From positions 20,209,648 through 20,273,647 of the forward strand of contig NC_092673.1 in NCBI RefSeq assembly GCF_964355755.1: DNA of 64,000 nucleotides. Direction: 5' to 3'. The position numbers and the translations under genes are program-made. Shown piece after piece: positions 51,501-62,349 of the stretch. Every line of letters starts with the position of its first letter. Within the stretch, counting starts at the first letter, position 1. The notes below the pieces were generated by a model. The model searched no databases, had not been told where the DNA came from, and saw only the letters and a program-made list of their open reading frames with translations. Origin of the DNA: Antedon mediterranea. Lineage: Eukaryota > Animalia > Echinodermata.

Positions 51501-52412
51501 CCTTCAATATCTCTGTGGAATTTGATATAATGGATCCGTCCTGTTTTTTTAATTTTTTAATATGTTTTTTATTACTATTATTTTTCTCTAAACCAAGAAA
51601 GTATTTAGTGTTTCGTTCGCCATCTTCTATCCACTTTACTCTTGACCTAATTTGAGCGCCTTTAGCTTCCAATAGGTAAATTTGCTCAAGTTCATTCTTT
51701 TTTTGATCTAATTCTGTTTCATACTGGATATTATTATCAGTATTATCCTTTTTCATAATTAAATCATTAATGATAGCAATTTCCTGCTGAAGTATTTCTT
51801 TTCTTTTGCATTTATTTTTATTTTTCATTTTCCCATATTTTATGGAGAATTCCTTTATTTTTACTTTAATCATTTCCCATTTATCCTTTGGGTTAAGTTC
51901 TTCTAATCTAGCTCTTTCTATTATGTTTTTGATGTTGTTTATATAATCTTCATTATCTAAGTGAGAATTGTTCATTTTCCATAATCCTGGGCCTCTTTCT
52001 TCATTAGTTAAACTTATTTTTAAGGATATGGCTTGGTGATCGGACATGATTGACGGCCTGATATCACATGTGTTAACATATTCACATAAGTCGTTAGATA
52101 TAAAAAAATAGTCCAACCTTCTGTACGTTTGGGTGGATTTCCTTCGCCATGTGAATTGACATGTATCCGGGTTATTTTTTCTCCAGATGTCATTAAGATT
52201 CAGATTTTTCATAAAATGTGTTATTGTAAAAACAGAATTATCTACTCTATCGACACTACCTTTTTGGTCAAATTTTCTGTCTAGAGCACAATTCATGTCA
52301 CCACCTATAATTATTTTATAATTTTTGCTTTCTTTGAAGTCAATAATTGTTTTATGTAAAGTCCTGAAGTAAGAACATCGATCTTTTACATAATTTGGGG
52401 CATATAATAAAT
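48013..52412 (-). mobile_element. 5'-truncated L1/Tx1-clade LINE with ~1-kb 3' UTR, poly(A) and 14-bp TSD
   Basis: ATAAATGAGTTTTT at 47999-48012 and 52413-52426. Poly(T) on + at 48008-48023. The target reads TT/AAAAA on the element strand. Confidence 0.9.
49057..52410 (-). CDS. L1/Tx1 ORF2 (partial AP endonuclease, reverse transcriptase, C-terminal Cys/His zinc motif); open frame, N-terminus truncated
   Basis: The frame stays open upstream of the listed Met (LYAPN..IIGGDMNC). Motifs RLDYFF, SDH, KAPGSDG, NWRPITLLNIDYK, LDFQKAFD, GIRQGCPLS, QLADD and CDTC..HMLVEC. Confidence 0.95.
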   Translation of the reverse strand, partial: LLYAPNYVKDRCSYFRTLHKTIIDFKESKNYKIIIGGDMNCALDRKFDQKGSVDRVDNSVFTITHFMKNLNLNDIWRKNNPDTCQFTWRRKSTQTYRRLDYFFISNDLCEYVNTCDIRPSIMSDHQAISLKISLTNEERGPGLWKMNNSHLDNEDYINNIKNIIERARLEELNPKDKWEMIKVKIKEFSIKYGKMKNKNKCKRKEILQQEIAIINDLIMKKDNTDNNIQYETELDQKKNELEQIYLLEAKGAQIRSRVKWIEDGERNTKYFLGLEKNNSNKKHIKKLKKQDGSIISNSTEILKEEVNFFKKIYAKQDVPYKSIDKYLSHVNLTKLTEAEQEMCEGHLSLFECEQAIKKMKKNKAPGSDGLTVEFYQLFWYLICDLVCDALNYSFATQEMSVSQRRGIINLIYKKGDHKDLNNWRPITLLNIDYKIASFVLTTRLHRVAKYIINNDQKGYVKGRFGGDNIRLIEDIITYMENEQLEGILISLDFQKAFDSVNKSFLIEALNKFNFGISFVNWVKALYNNTNCIFTNNGWQSESFAMHQGIRQGCPLSALLFILVAEVLATKIRACDIVKGLIVPAGNGIFKDIKIAQLADDTVLFLKDINSIDNSISIIEKFGEVSGLKLNKNKTNAFWLGSLRDCKDTHGNISWTSTPIRILGIYVGHDKEYCYQKNWKEKIDALENTLKTWEKRHLTFFGRITIVKTLALSKIIYNSCILLVPEKVIKEVDKLIFKFIWETKKEKIKRKTMCANYSQGGLKMVEFRSQVISFQVKWYRRLYENDDAKWKYLPTFYIEKIGPKSLTSNLSKVPCNISVPPFYLSVIKSIAVANACNNRLNKEPISYDDIINQSLWGNEFICIKKKPLYNCNWISSGFLKIYDVINNNVFKLAIEIKRRLRCTQNWISEYSCILKAIPKEWKCILKSTHDINVNDIPITNNKVLNMTSRQLYRFIIDAQYITPTAQVKWESIFGNMPWTKIWVKKVSGLKEKKLAHFNFKLLHRILPTNKRLHRWRLVNSPCCDTCNVIENDKHMLVECITVKCLWREINEIIRAVSIHIPVFSFKRLLFETDNNYVNKLYTLGAFCIYKVKILSLLEKEKKINLLQMFKSEKKIRNM

Positions 52413-53180
52413 ATAAATGAGTTTTTAATGTGAATGGTTGTAAACATGTTGTGTTGTAGTATTCTTTGATAGTGGGTTATATTTGTGAGGTGTGTCTGAA
52501 ATGGGGTTTTGTTAGACGACCATGGCATGATACTAAGGTGTATTAATAAGTTTCGGTAAACGAGCTCTGTGACGGATATAATAGAGGAATGAGAGTCAGC
52601 AAGGTTGGCAGTAATGCCAGACAATGCCGCCTCTCACTTTGTTGTTAAATAAAAACAGACCTAATCAGGCAGACGTCTCAGAATTAACTAATAGTGAAAT
52701 AGCCCATGTGGCGTACATATAAATGTGTACGAGGGTATAATTATGTGTTTCTGTACCGTAGGATTTTGTCATGAAAGTAAAAAAGCACATACTACCTAAA
52801 TCGAAACAAATAGATGTAGAAGTGAGAGGTACGCTTTCTTTCAAATTCTAAATCGAAATTTGCTATTTCTAGACTGGATTATGAGTTATTGATTGTATTG
52901 TTATGTCACTGATCATATCTAAGATAACTACTTTTGTATAAGGTTCGTATCAATAGACAAATGGTGTCTTGTACCACCATGGTACTAATACAATTTATTA
53001 CTGATTGTAAAGAGTCATTCACAATAGTTTCCTAGTCAGTAGAAAACTTCCTTCTAGACTTACTATAGGCAAAACAATTATATTTTTGTATGAACATTTC
53101 AAAGAAACTTCACTTGTGCACTGTTAAAACAATTCTTGTAAAAAACGGTAAATTACTTGCAATCTGGACGCCAGTAATTT

Positions 53181-53450
53181 ACCGTAATGTAGAATTACAG
53201 GTACTGTTGAAAATAAATTTCTGTAAAACTACAGTAAATTACTGTTGGTCATAAAGTCGGTTGTCTACCGCAATGTAGAATCACAGGTACTGTTGAAAAT
53301 AAATTACTGTAAAACTACATTAAATTACTGTTGGTCATAAAGTCGGTTGTCTACCGTAATGTAGAATCACAGGTACTGTTGAAAATAAATTACTGTAAAA
53401 CTACAGTAAATTACTGTTGGTCATAAAGTTGGTTGTCTACCGTAATGTAG
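53181..53450. repeat. 86-bp minisatellite, ~3.1 copies
   Basis: ACCG(T/C)AATGTAG recurs at 53181, 53267, 53353 and 53439. Confidence 0.9.
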
Positions 53451-53769
53451 GATAGACTTGTGACATGAGTACTTCAACTATAGTGAAAGGAGTGGTGCAA
53501 TTCTGCTAGAAAATCGTCATAGATTGGCTCTGTACGGTACAATTTCGAAAGTCAGACATCTAGTACAGTTCAGTTTTAAGTATTAATGTAAGTTGTGCAA
53601 TTTATTTAACAGTATGCCTACTTTTTTTCCAAACATTTATTGATATGATAGGTATAACTCTGAGTTTATTTTTCATACACATCCAACAGCTAGCACAAAC
53701 TCGCCAATCACAGAATGAATAAACTATTTAATAAATTATTGTGCCCTAAAACTAAGTCTTATTTGAGAC

Positions 53770-53883
53770 TTAGGGAGTGGAGTTGAAAGAGTTGTGAGTT
53801 ACAAACCCTGCACTAGGTCCGGATTGAACCCCGGTCCTTGGGATTGGAAGGAAAGCACGTCAACCACCAAACTACAGCTCCAC
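53770..53883 (-). mobile_element. tRNA-derived SINE head (fragment)
   Basis: Minus strand GGAGCTGTAGTTTGGTGGTTGACGTGCTTTCCTTCCAATCCCAAGGACCGGGGTTCAATCCGG has A and B boxes at tRNA spacing. The acceptor stem is not paired. Confidence 0.6.
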
Positions 53884-54230
53884 TGCATTGTATAATTGAT
53901 ACGCTAGATGACAGACAGGAAGAGAGTGGGGTTGAAATGGCTTGTTGCCGTTAATTTTACTTAGGCCTATATTACTTATACAATCATGATGGAAACCGCC
54001 ATCGTTTATTGTCGCAACAATAAACAAAACAGATACAATTCTACTGTTTACTGTTTTCACTTTTAAATGACAGTTCTAGTAACAGTACCTTTCATATTTT
54101 AACTTAATGGTTAACATTCAATTTGTTTGTTGGTTCTTTCCTCTGCAACCGTTCTCAGCTTTCTTTTCATTGTAAAAAAGTAAATATAATATTGTTCAAT
54201 GAAGATCATCAATCATTCAAAAGAATAAAT

Positions 54231-55390
54231 TGTCTTACGCCAGTGCGCCCTCATGGGCTGGAGTTGTTCGTGCGTTGTTGCTTTGATTTCTATGTTGTTG
54301 TATTGAGTTATTGACTGTTATTAAAATACATTATTCGCATTACATCGGTCTATGTGTGATCTGTAGAGTTGTGGCATATAAACATCAACCCTATTGGCGT
54401 GGTGGCAGCCCAAGATATTCGGACCTTCCGCTTAAAACCAGTGAGTTATTAGTTGTTGAACTTAGGCCTAGCCTAGGCCCATCCATACCATTATCTACGA
54501 GATCGCACTAACGCACAGAGGCGTACGACCAGCCAGCACATATAGCTGGTAGGACGGCGAACGTTAACAGAGCTCCTAAACAGTGGAGCTTAACCAAAAC
54601 TGAAACAATAAACTCATTTGAGTCATGGCGGCAGAACATTATTTATACACTTTCATTGGATGAAAATTTTGCTCCATTCTTGATGGAAGGCACACAATGG
54701 GGCCCCAAAACCAGAGCATCTCCACTCCGCCTATTTGAGGACGATGATGACACTGTCCCTAGAGCACGTCGACGTACTGCTCAGCAAAAGGTACACATGC
54801 TCGAGCTCATGCTAGGCCAGATCGCAAACTTCTGTCCTATTATTTCTCGAAGCACAATTGTTAAAAGCTTCACGTCCATCTCGCAAATCTGGCAGGCCAT
54901 CCGACTTCACTATGGTTTCCAAACGACCGGAGGTCACTTCTTAGACTTTGCCACTATTCACCTCGAGGCTGGTGAACGTCCAGAAGATTTGTATCAACGA
55001 CTATTGGCATTTGCTGACGATAATTTGCTACGCACTGGAGGCGGAATTAATCATCACGGCGTCGCGATCACAGAGGATGAAGAAATGACACCTACTGTGG
55101 AAAACTTTATTGTGTTAACCTGGTTATCCCTTATCCATAAAGACCTCCCGCGTCTAGTCAAGCAACGATATGGAACTGATCTGCGAGATCGTACCCTGGC
55201 GACAATAAAGCCCAAAATTTCGCAAGCGATTGATTCCCTTCTCGATGAATTGCGTACTACAGAAGACACACGCGCAATGCGTACTTTCGCAACACCTCCC
55301 ACGGTCAACTATAAACGCGCTTCTCGCACGTCTCGTAATACTACTAGTCATATTCGTCGACAGCTAAAGTCTTGTCCTCTTTGCAAACAG
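54231..55390 (+). mobile_element. 5' part of an LTR retrotransposon (Gypsy-like): putative short LTR, PBS-like motif, gag
   Basis: TG..CA segment at ~54231-54387, TGGCGTGGTGGCAGC at 54395, then a gag-like frame cut off at CPLCKQ by the unclassified repeat. Confidence 0.55.
54568..55390 (+). pseudogene. Gag-like ORF, truncated
   Basis: [78 protein letters not shown] resembles N-termini of invertebrate LTR-retrotransposon polyproteins as recalled. Confidence 0.6.
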
Positions 55391-55945
55391 CATCGAATTT
55401 GCCCTACACATATTCGTTTAAAACAGTTTCACTATATCAATATACGTGTGTTCTGTGAAAGATACATTAGGTTACGTTCAAAATAAAATTATTTTAAAAA
55501 TCCTGTAATTAAACCGCCGTTGATTTTACTTATAACAATAATAAAACTAACATGATAAATTGTGTGCATTTATTTGGGGTTTTGTGTGACATATGATTAT
55601 ATGCAGGGAAAAAACAATCCTCCTCAATATTTGCATTCTACGTATAGCGTTTAACTTTTTTTTTTGTATCGCGTGATGCGTTTTTGTACGACGAGCCATG
55701 CCGGTATGGTGTACCCTAAATAGAGGTGTCAGATGAAGGGGATTCTGCTGTAATTTTGTTTCTTTTCAATTTCAATTTTTTTCGTTTCTGTTGTATTTAT
55801 ATGGTGTTGATTTTTTTTTGTTTTGTAATACAGTATCACGAACTTGTGTAAAAACAATCAATATTGATTGAACAAGTTGTACTGCACATCAGTCTCGTGT
55901 CTAAATAAAGTTTATATATATATGCGACGCAGCTATTGAGTCTAA

Positions 55946-57413
55946 AGGCTGGTTTCCTGTCGACGTAAGAAGTCGAATTTTGCAACGACTCTTGCGTTTC
56001 ATACGTTTCTTACGTCTCTTACGAAAGTTGAGAAAAAATTGACGTCGTTGACGTTAGTCAAGATCGTGTCAGGCCGCAGAGAAACATCTGTAGTTATTCT
56101 GCTCCCGAAAGTTGAAATTTTGGCTGTGAAACACACGTCGTATGCTTACGTCGATTTTAGTGTTGTTACGAAAGTTGAAATTTTTTTCTTTCGTCGGTCA
56201 GATTTATGACGTATTTGAAACAACATCTATGATTGGTGTTTCTTTTTAGAGCGGGTTTTATCATTTTTCGCGCGAAATGTTGAATGTTGTTATTGTACCT
56301 GTAGCTACTCAGTGTCAGTGCAGCACACCAACATATTATTTTTAGTAGATAGGCTAGGCCCTAGTATTAGTAATAATACTTAATTAATACTGTACTAATA
56401 GGAATGGATTTGACCAAAATATAATCAAACTAGCCTAGGAGCCAGGCTAATAGGCTAGGCCTATGCACTATTGTATGAACCAAAATATGAATTAATTATT
56501 CTGGCCTTAGTAGGCCTAGCCTTAAATAGTTTTCAAAATTAAAAAACGGCAAATCATTTCGGGATTCCTATTATTATTAGACTTACCTATGGGCCCAGGC
56601 ATACCGTACTCTAATCGAGCATGAGATAGTACTAACGCAGTAAGATACCCATTATTTACCTATAATAAGAATAAATTTGACAAAACAATATAAATTTGAC
56701 AAAATCAAGCAAACATTTTTTTTTAAAGTTACATAATAATATTATATTGCTTACAAGGGCTTTCTATATCTTATCTTGTTGCAAATGTTCATTTTCGCGA
56801 CGTTTCTACCGACAAATAGAACAGAAGAATGTCGGTTTCAATGCGGATTGTTTATTGCACGTCCATAAATAAGAGTATTATATTTTGATATGAGTTGTAA
56901 ACTCCCTGATTAGAACAATATTATATTGAAACTACTGTGCATTTGTAAAGTATGTACATTGTACAACATCGTAAAGTGGGCTAAAATTGTAGTAGTACGG
57001 TAAATACATACAAATGTTATTGTCCGGCTATATTTCACTGTAAGGTCATACACATTACGTCATAACTCTTGTCGCTCATTGGTTGCTTGTTACGATTGCG
57101 CTTACGTCTCTTGCGAAAGTTGACTTCAAGTCAACTTTCGTAAGAAACGTAAGAAACGTGACGCAAGGGCGTTCATTCAAGCGTAGGATCAAAAATCCCG
57201 GTTTCTTGTAAAATCGGAAGAAAACGTCGTAACGCAACAATTGTTAGGTCATCGGTTTCCTGTAAAATCGTTTGTCGTTACCATTTTTCTTACGTTACGT
57301 CGATTTTATAAATTTTCGATCGTAATCGGTTTCCTGTAAAATCCGCATTTCTTACGACAAATCGACGTAGTCGCAACAAAAGTGATGTTCTTACGTCGAC
57401 AGGAAACCAGCCT
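55946..57413. mobile_element. PIF/Harbinger MITE, 26-bp perfect TIR, TSD TAA
   Basis: TAA|AGGCTGGTTTCCTGTCGACGTAAGAA ... TTCTTACGTCGACAGGAAACCAGCCT|TAA. The paralogous empty site at ~941-960 has a single TAA. Confidence 0.9.
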
Positions 57414-57737
57414 TAACAGTCCTTCTGCACACCCTGATTTCCTTTTGGTTGACGCGTACACGGTACTCCCTCCCTCGCTTTTCCAAAAGGATAAATCAGA
57501 GTCATAGGGCGCATGAGTTTATACTACAGTGTTTTAAGACTTTGTAATTAGTTACGGTTTTTAGTTTATTCATATATAAATAAGTTTATGTGTATGTTTT
57601 AGTTCAATAACTAGGTTCTGCACAGGGCAGGATGTTTCCTGCACAGGGCAGGAGAGCGGGACCTACAAATACACACCCATTGGTATATGTTGAAGTTTGG
57701 ATTGGTCATCCCACTAACAACTTTGTTTATTCGACTG

Positions 57738-59132
57738 TCCATGGAGGAAATTTAGTGTAGCCATGAACTGTCCGTTCGACCGTATTAGTCACCAGGTACT
57801 AATCAGTAAGATGATATCAATTGGTGTCAGGAAATCTATCATCCCGTGGTTCTGTAGCTTCCTAACTTGTAAAGAACAAAGAGTGCTCTATGGTAGCGCT
57901 ATTTCCAGTTGGACATCTATATTTTGCGGTGTTCCACAAGGAACGAAATCTGGCCCAAGCCTTTTTCAAGTAATGGTCAATGACTCGGCATCAGATTGCA
58001 TTACAAGGTGGAAATTTGTCGACCATCTAACCTTCGCTGATATCTCAAAAAATAACTGTCAGGACTCTATTCAATCGTACTTTAGTAATTTAGAGGAATG
58101 GTGTAAAATAAATAACATGTCCCTTAACCCTAATAAGTGTAAATCAGTGGAGATTAACTTTTGCAAAACTCCTGGTTACTATGATTTACTGACTAATAAT
58201 GGAGTCCAAGTTGAGACTGTTAAACAATTGAAGCTTTTAGGTGTAACTATCCAAGATAACCTTAAGTGGGATACACACATTGGTGAGATCGTTAGCAAGG
58301 CCAATAAAGCCATGCATATTGTGTCGGTACTTAAAAGGTTTGGTGCACCAGAAGATCAGTTAATTAAGATTTATAAATCTTTCATACGCCCCATAATTGA
58401 ATATGCTTGTCCAACCTGGCACTCCTCCCTGACTTCCGAATTAAGCTTTGACCTGGAATCGGTCCAGAAGAGGTTTTTAAGAATTTTACTAGGGAGGAGG
58501 TACTATTCGTACACTGCAGCCCTAAAGAAATTTTCTCTTGATAGGCTCTGTGACCGTCGTCTCCAGCTTGTTCTGAAGTTTGGGAGGAGTGTCCATGAAA
58601 CATTTAGTAATATTATCCCCAATACCCGTGCTGAAGCGACAGGTAGATCTCTCAGAAACGCAAACAAAATATCCCAAATTAAATGTAGAACAGAAAGATT
58701 TAAGAAATCCACACTCCCATTCCTGATTAACAATGACCTTATAGTGCAATAATATATATATATGAAATTCTTAATTTTGATAGGCCTACGGATAATTAAT
58801 AATTTTACTCGCAGTTTTTAAATTTGTAATTGTATATTCTTTATTTTTTTTGTTATGAATTTATGTGTATATATATATTTTTATATTAGATGGTTGTGTA
58901 ATTTTGCTCGTTTTTGATATATATCTTTGTAAATTTGTAATTGTATATTCTTTTTTTTTTTTTTTAATGCATTTTGTATATATATATATATATTTTTATA
59001 TTGGATGTTTGTGTAAATCTTGCTCGTTTTTGATATACTTTTTATGTTTATGTTACTGGACGCAATTCAGTTTTGTACTGCCATGTCTTTGTTTTTAATA
59101 AACCAGAATAAATAAATAAAAAAAAATAAAAA
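57738..59132 (+). mobile_element. 5'-truncated CR1/L2-group LINE with 3' UTR and A-rich tail; possible TSD ACTG
   Basis: The empty site GTTTATTCGACTGACCCAAAAAGTACTCCC is seen in reverse at 61-90. AATAAA and (AATA)n/poly(A) at 59097-59133. Confidence 0.8.
57763..58752 (+). pseudogene. LINE reverse transcriptase C-terminal half, catalytic motif degenerate (KFVDH)
   Basis: PFDRISH, GVPQGTKSGP, KFVDHLT, LKLLGVTIQDNLKW, IRPIIEYACPTW and LESVQKR. Confidence 0.9.
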
Positions 59133-59778
59133 ACTGCCTCAAAAAGTACTCCCTTTCCATCTCGTTAAAAAATGTTGTTGCTCCCTAATTTATTTATATT
59201 TATTTATTGATTTTTTATTTTCAATCTTTTGACAATAAAAAACAAAAAAGTCTGTCGAGGTAAAATAAAAGTTTAAAAAACTGTCATCAAAAGATGTGCT
59301 TAACCAAACCCACGTCAACAATACATATCAACAAACAAAATTCAATACAAAACAAATTTACGAACAAACTTCCATCCAGTTTAAATATAAATCAACGAGC
59401 GCCATACGTTTTAAACTTTACATCAACTACACCCATTGGTATATGTTGAAGCTTGGACTAGATATGCCACCACTAACCATAAATAAATGTACAAAGTAAA
59501 TTCAGTATAATATATTTTATTTATTTTTGACAACTATCTTGACAAAATTTAATTATGTTATACGGTATTTATTCTATTCAAAGTGTGTCATCCTTTGTAA
59601 ATGTCATTAGCTTCTGTCGGAACAATGGGTTTCTTTTCTTTGATCATGTAGATTTCCAATTTCAATCCATTTCTATATGTCTAATCTGCAATCATTAATT
59701 TCCGTTCAACAAAATAAAGGTTTTAAGTTGTAACTTTCTTGGTAATTACATCCATTATCATTTGTTTTGTCGAGCGTT

Positions 59779-60270
59779 ATGGTTGATTTAGAGGAAATAG
59801 TTTTAGCATACATTGAATATAAAATGACGGGGTTAGTTGTTTTGGATTCACCCATCCTCCAGAGTACTATTCGTGCTTGTAAAGAGTTGGAAAACAATTT
59901 TAATGTGTTAGAATTGTGTAAAGATATTTCTTTGGAAGCGCTGTATTGTGTATTAGAACAAATGATGAGCGATAGAAAAATAAACGTCGGCAGACTTGTG
60001 ACAGGACTCGTTGTATGTACATGTGTTGCGACACAATGTGACACAGAATTGCAGTTAGAAAATGTAAAACGTGTCTCCTGTAGATTTTTCAAGGAAAAGT
60101 TTTCGTTATTTGAACTTCGTAATGACGATGAGTCGGTTAGTATGTTTCGTTTTTTGTTCGTGGGTAGTTTAACAAATATTCTTAAATTATTCATTTTATT
60201 TATAATGCGCGTGTTTTGTTTACTAATTATTTTTATTTATTATTTTCGTTCAGAATTTATCTCTGTGTAG
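59779..60270 (+). CDS. Intronless divergent Bcl-2-family-like protein, 163 aa from first ATG
   Basis: BH4-like DLEEIVLAYIEYKM, BH3-like TIRACKELENNF, BH1-like VLEQMMSDRKINVGRLVTGL and a hydrophobic C-terminal tail. No recognisable BH2 (W...GGW). Confidence 0.6.
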   Translation: MVDLEEIVLAYIEYKMTGLVVLDSPILQSTIRACKELENNFNVLELCKDISLEALYCVLEQMMSDRKINVGRLVTGLVVCTCVATQCDTELQLENVKRVSCRFFKEKFSLFELRNDDESVSMFRFLFVGSLTNILKLFILFIMRVFCLLIIFIYYFRSEFISV

Positions 60271-60789
60271 GAAGGGAGATGTTTTTTTTCAAAGCAGTGG
60301 CATTTTTAGTGACTGGTATGGTGTTAACGCTTGTTTTTCGTTGAATGTCTTCAGATGTTTCCTCTAGTCATCAAAACAAATTATTATGAACACCATATTG
60401 TATTGATCTCTCTAATTAATTTTAGATGTGTTATCATTAATATCTAAAATGTATATTTCTCAATAATAAGCATTTACTTTATAAATTTGGTAAAAATACA
60501 TTTATAATATTCCTTCTTATTGAAAGTGTCGTTACAAACCGTGCGTCTCAAATTTGTTTCATTTTGTGTGCGTTTTTATATCAGTACGTATTGTGTCTTT
60601 CTTAAAAGATTTAAAATTGAAAACACGTATAAAATGAAATTCATTTTGAAATAAAGAAATTGTATTTAAATTTAATAAGTCTATGCTTTATACATTTTGT
60701 ATGTTTATTTTTGTAATATTACCTATATATAAAATATAACTACTGTTAAAAATACTACTGTTTAAAAATAAAAAATAAAAAGTAAACAG

Positions 60790-61420
60790 AATATTTTTAA
60801 TCACAATCATTTAATATGTATGTTTGCATTTACATTTAACAAATTCAAAAACTTCATACACGAGTTAAACAACACGCAAAGATCAAATTTCATTTTTGTT
60901 GTTGATGTTAAAAACAAAATGTATTTCAATACACATTCTATTGTAATACACTTTACAAAATATAATTTTTAATCGCAATCATTATTATGTATGTTTGCAA
61001 TTACATTTAACAAATTCAAAAACTTGTTTTTTTTTTTTGTTTTTTTTTTGGTATAAATAAATTAGAAAAACATCATACACGAATTAAACAACACGCAAAG
61101 ATAAAATTTCATTTTTTGTTGTTGATGTTAAAAACAAAATGTATTTCAATACACATTCTACTTTAACAGAAAAGAAAAAATTAAGTAAAGTCAAGAAATA
61201 AACTTATCATGAATTAAAATAGGAAAACTACTTTTACAAATTTACACTGACATAAATTAAGTCAAAACATAATTAATTTATTTTATTAAACAAATTTATT
61301 GCAATACACTTTACAAACATAATAATAATAAAAATTCAACAGAAAATAAAACAAATTAAATTAATTCGAAAAATAAATTTACCATGAATTAAAATAGGGT
61401 AACTACTTTGACAAATTTAT
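60790..61420. repeat. AT-rich local direct repeats
   Basis: ~60793-60940 is repeated at ~60965-61160 with a T-rich insert. CATGAATTAAAATAGG..AACTACTTT occurs at ~61208 and ~61383. Confidence 0.7.
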
Positions 61421-61704
61421 AAAAAATAAATATTAAGTGAGATTTTGGTTTACGGTTTATTTTGTTAGGATTAGTTGTTGTTATTTTTTCCAGTCCGATT
61501 CCTCGTACCATGCTACCAACTATTTCAAAATTGACTTCCTTTGATTTTTGGAAATCTAGAGTCAAACCTTTGATTTTGCAAACAGTTTGTCTGAATCAAA
61601 TTTTATACACGTTATTTTTCCAAATCCATTTTCCATTGTTCATCAATAGCACTTACAAGTACCCAGTTTTGTTTGAATTTACGTTGAATGGTTGTGTGTA
61701 ATGT

Positions 61705-62349
61705 ATGAAACAACTTAACGATATGAATACAGTTTTAAACGATAAAATGGATAGGATAGCTTCTGATTTCGCTTCAATTAAAGGAGATATGTCGAAAGGA
61801 TTTGACAGGCTTACTAAAAAAATAACTGATTTGGAAGAAGAAAATATAAGACTAAAAAACACAAACAAAGTTATAACTACACAACTAGATAAACTAGAAG
61901 CTGAAAGTCGTCGTAATAACATCATTATTTATGATATCCCTGAAGATGATAGAAATGAAACGTGGCTTGACTGCGAACGAAAGGTAAAGGATTATATAAC
62001 AACAAATTTAGAAATCGAAGAGGTCGCTTTCGAGAGAGCGCATAGATTGCACAGCAAAAGTAACCCACGACCAATCATAGCAAAACTTACTAGCTACAAA
62101 CAAAAAGATGAAATAATGTCCAAAAATAGAGCACTCAAAAGGAAAATGACTGGAAATAAATCAAAAATTAACATGGGTGAAGATTATACTTTCAGAGTCC
62201 GTAAAATTAGAAAAGGCCTACAACCAAGGATACAACAAGCAATCAAAAACAACGATCGTTTTCGGCTCAGATATGATAAGCTGTTTATAGGCGACGAAGT
62301 TTATACATTCAACGTAGAAGACAACAAAATCATAAACCTCACAAAATAG
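61705..62349 (+). CDS. LINE ORF1 (coiled coil, RRM-like and C-terminal domain)
   Basis: LEAESRRNNIIIYDIPE, FERAHRL, PRPIIAKL, EDYT..R..R..L and LRYDKLFI. Confidence 0.85.
   Translation: MKQLNDMNTVLNDKMDRIASDFASIKGDMSKGFDRLTKKITDLEEENIRLKNTNKVITTQLDKLEAESRRNNIIIYDIPEDDRNETWLDCERKVKDYITTNLEIEEVAFERAHRLHSKSNPRPIIAKLTSYKQKDEIMSKNRALKRKMTGNKSKINMGEDYTFRVRKIRKGLQPRIQQAIKNNDRFRLRYDKLFIGDEVYTFNVEDNKIINLTK

Larger units (their letters stand above)
55400..59470. repeat. Unclassified interspersed repeat, copy 2, carrying three separate insertions
   Basis: Reverse-complement homology to 30-1530. Insertions at ~55701-55921, 55946-57413 and 57738-59132. Confidence 0.8.

Noticed and set aside
53119-53450. 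CACTA/CMC transposon starting CACTGTTAAAAC before the 86-bp repeats
   Set aside because: No matching right terminus or TSD was found, so only the minisatellite is reported.
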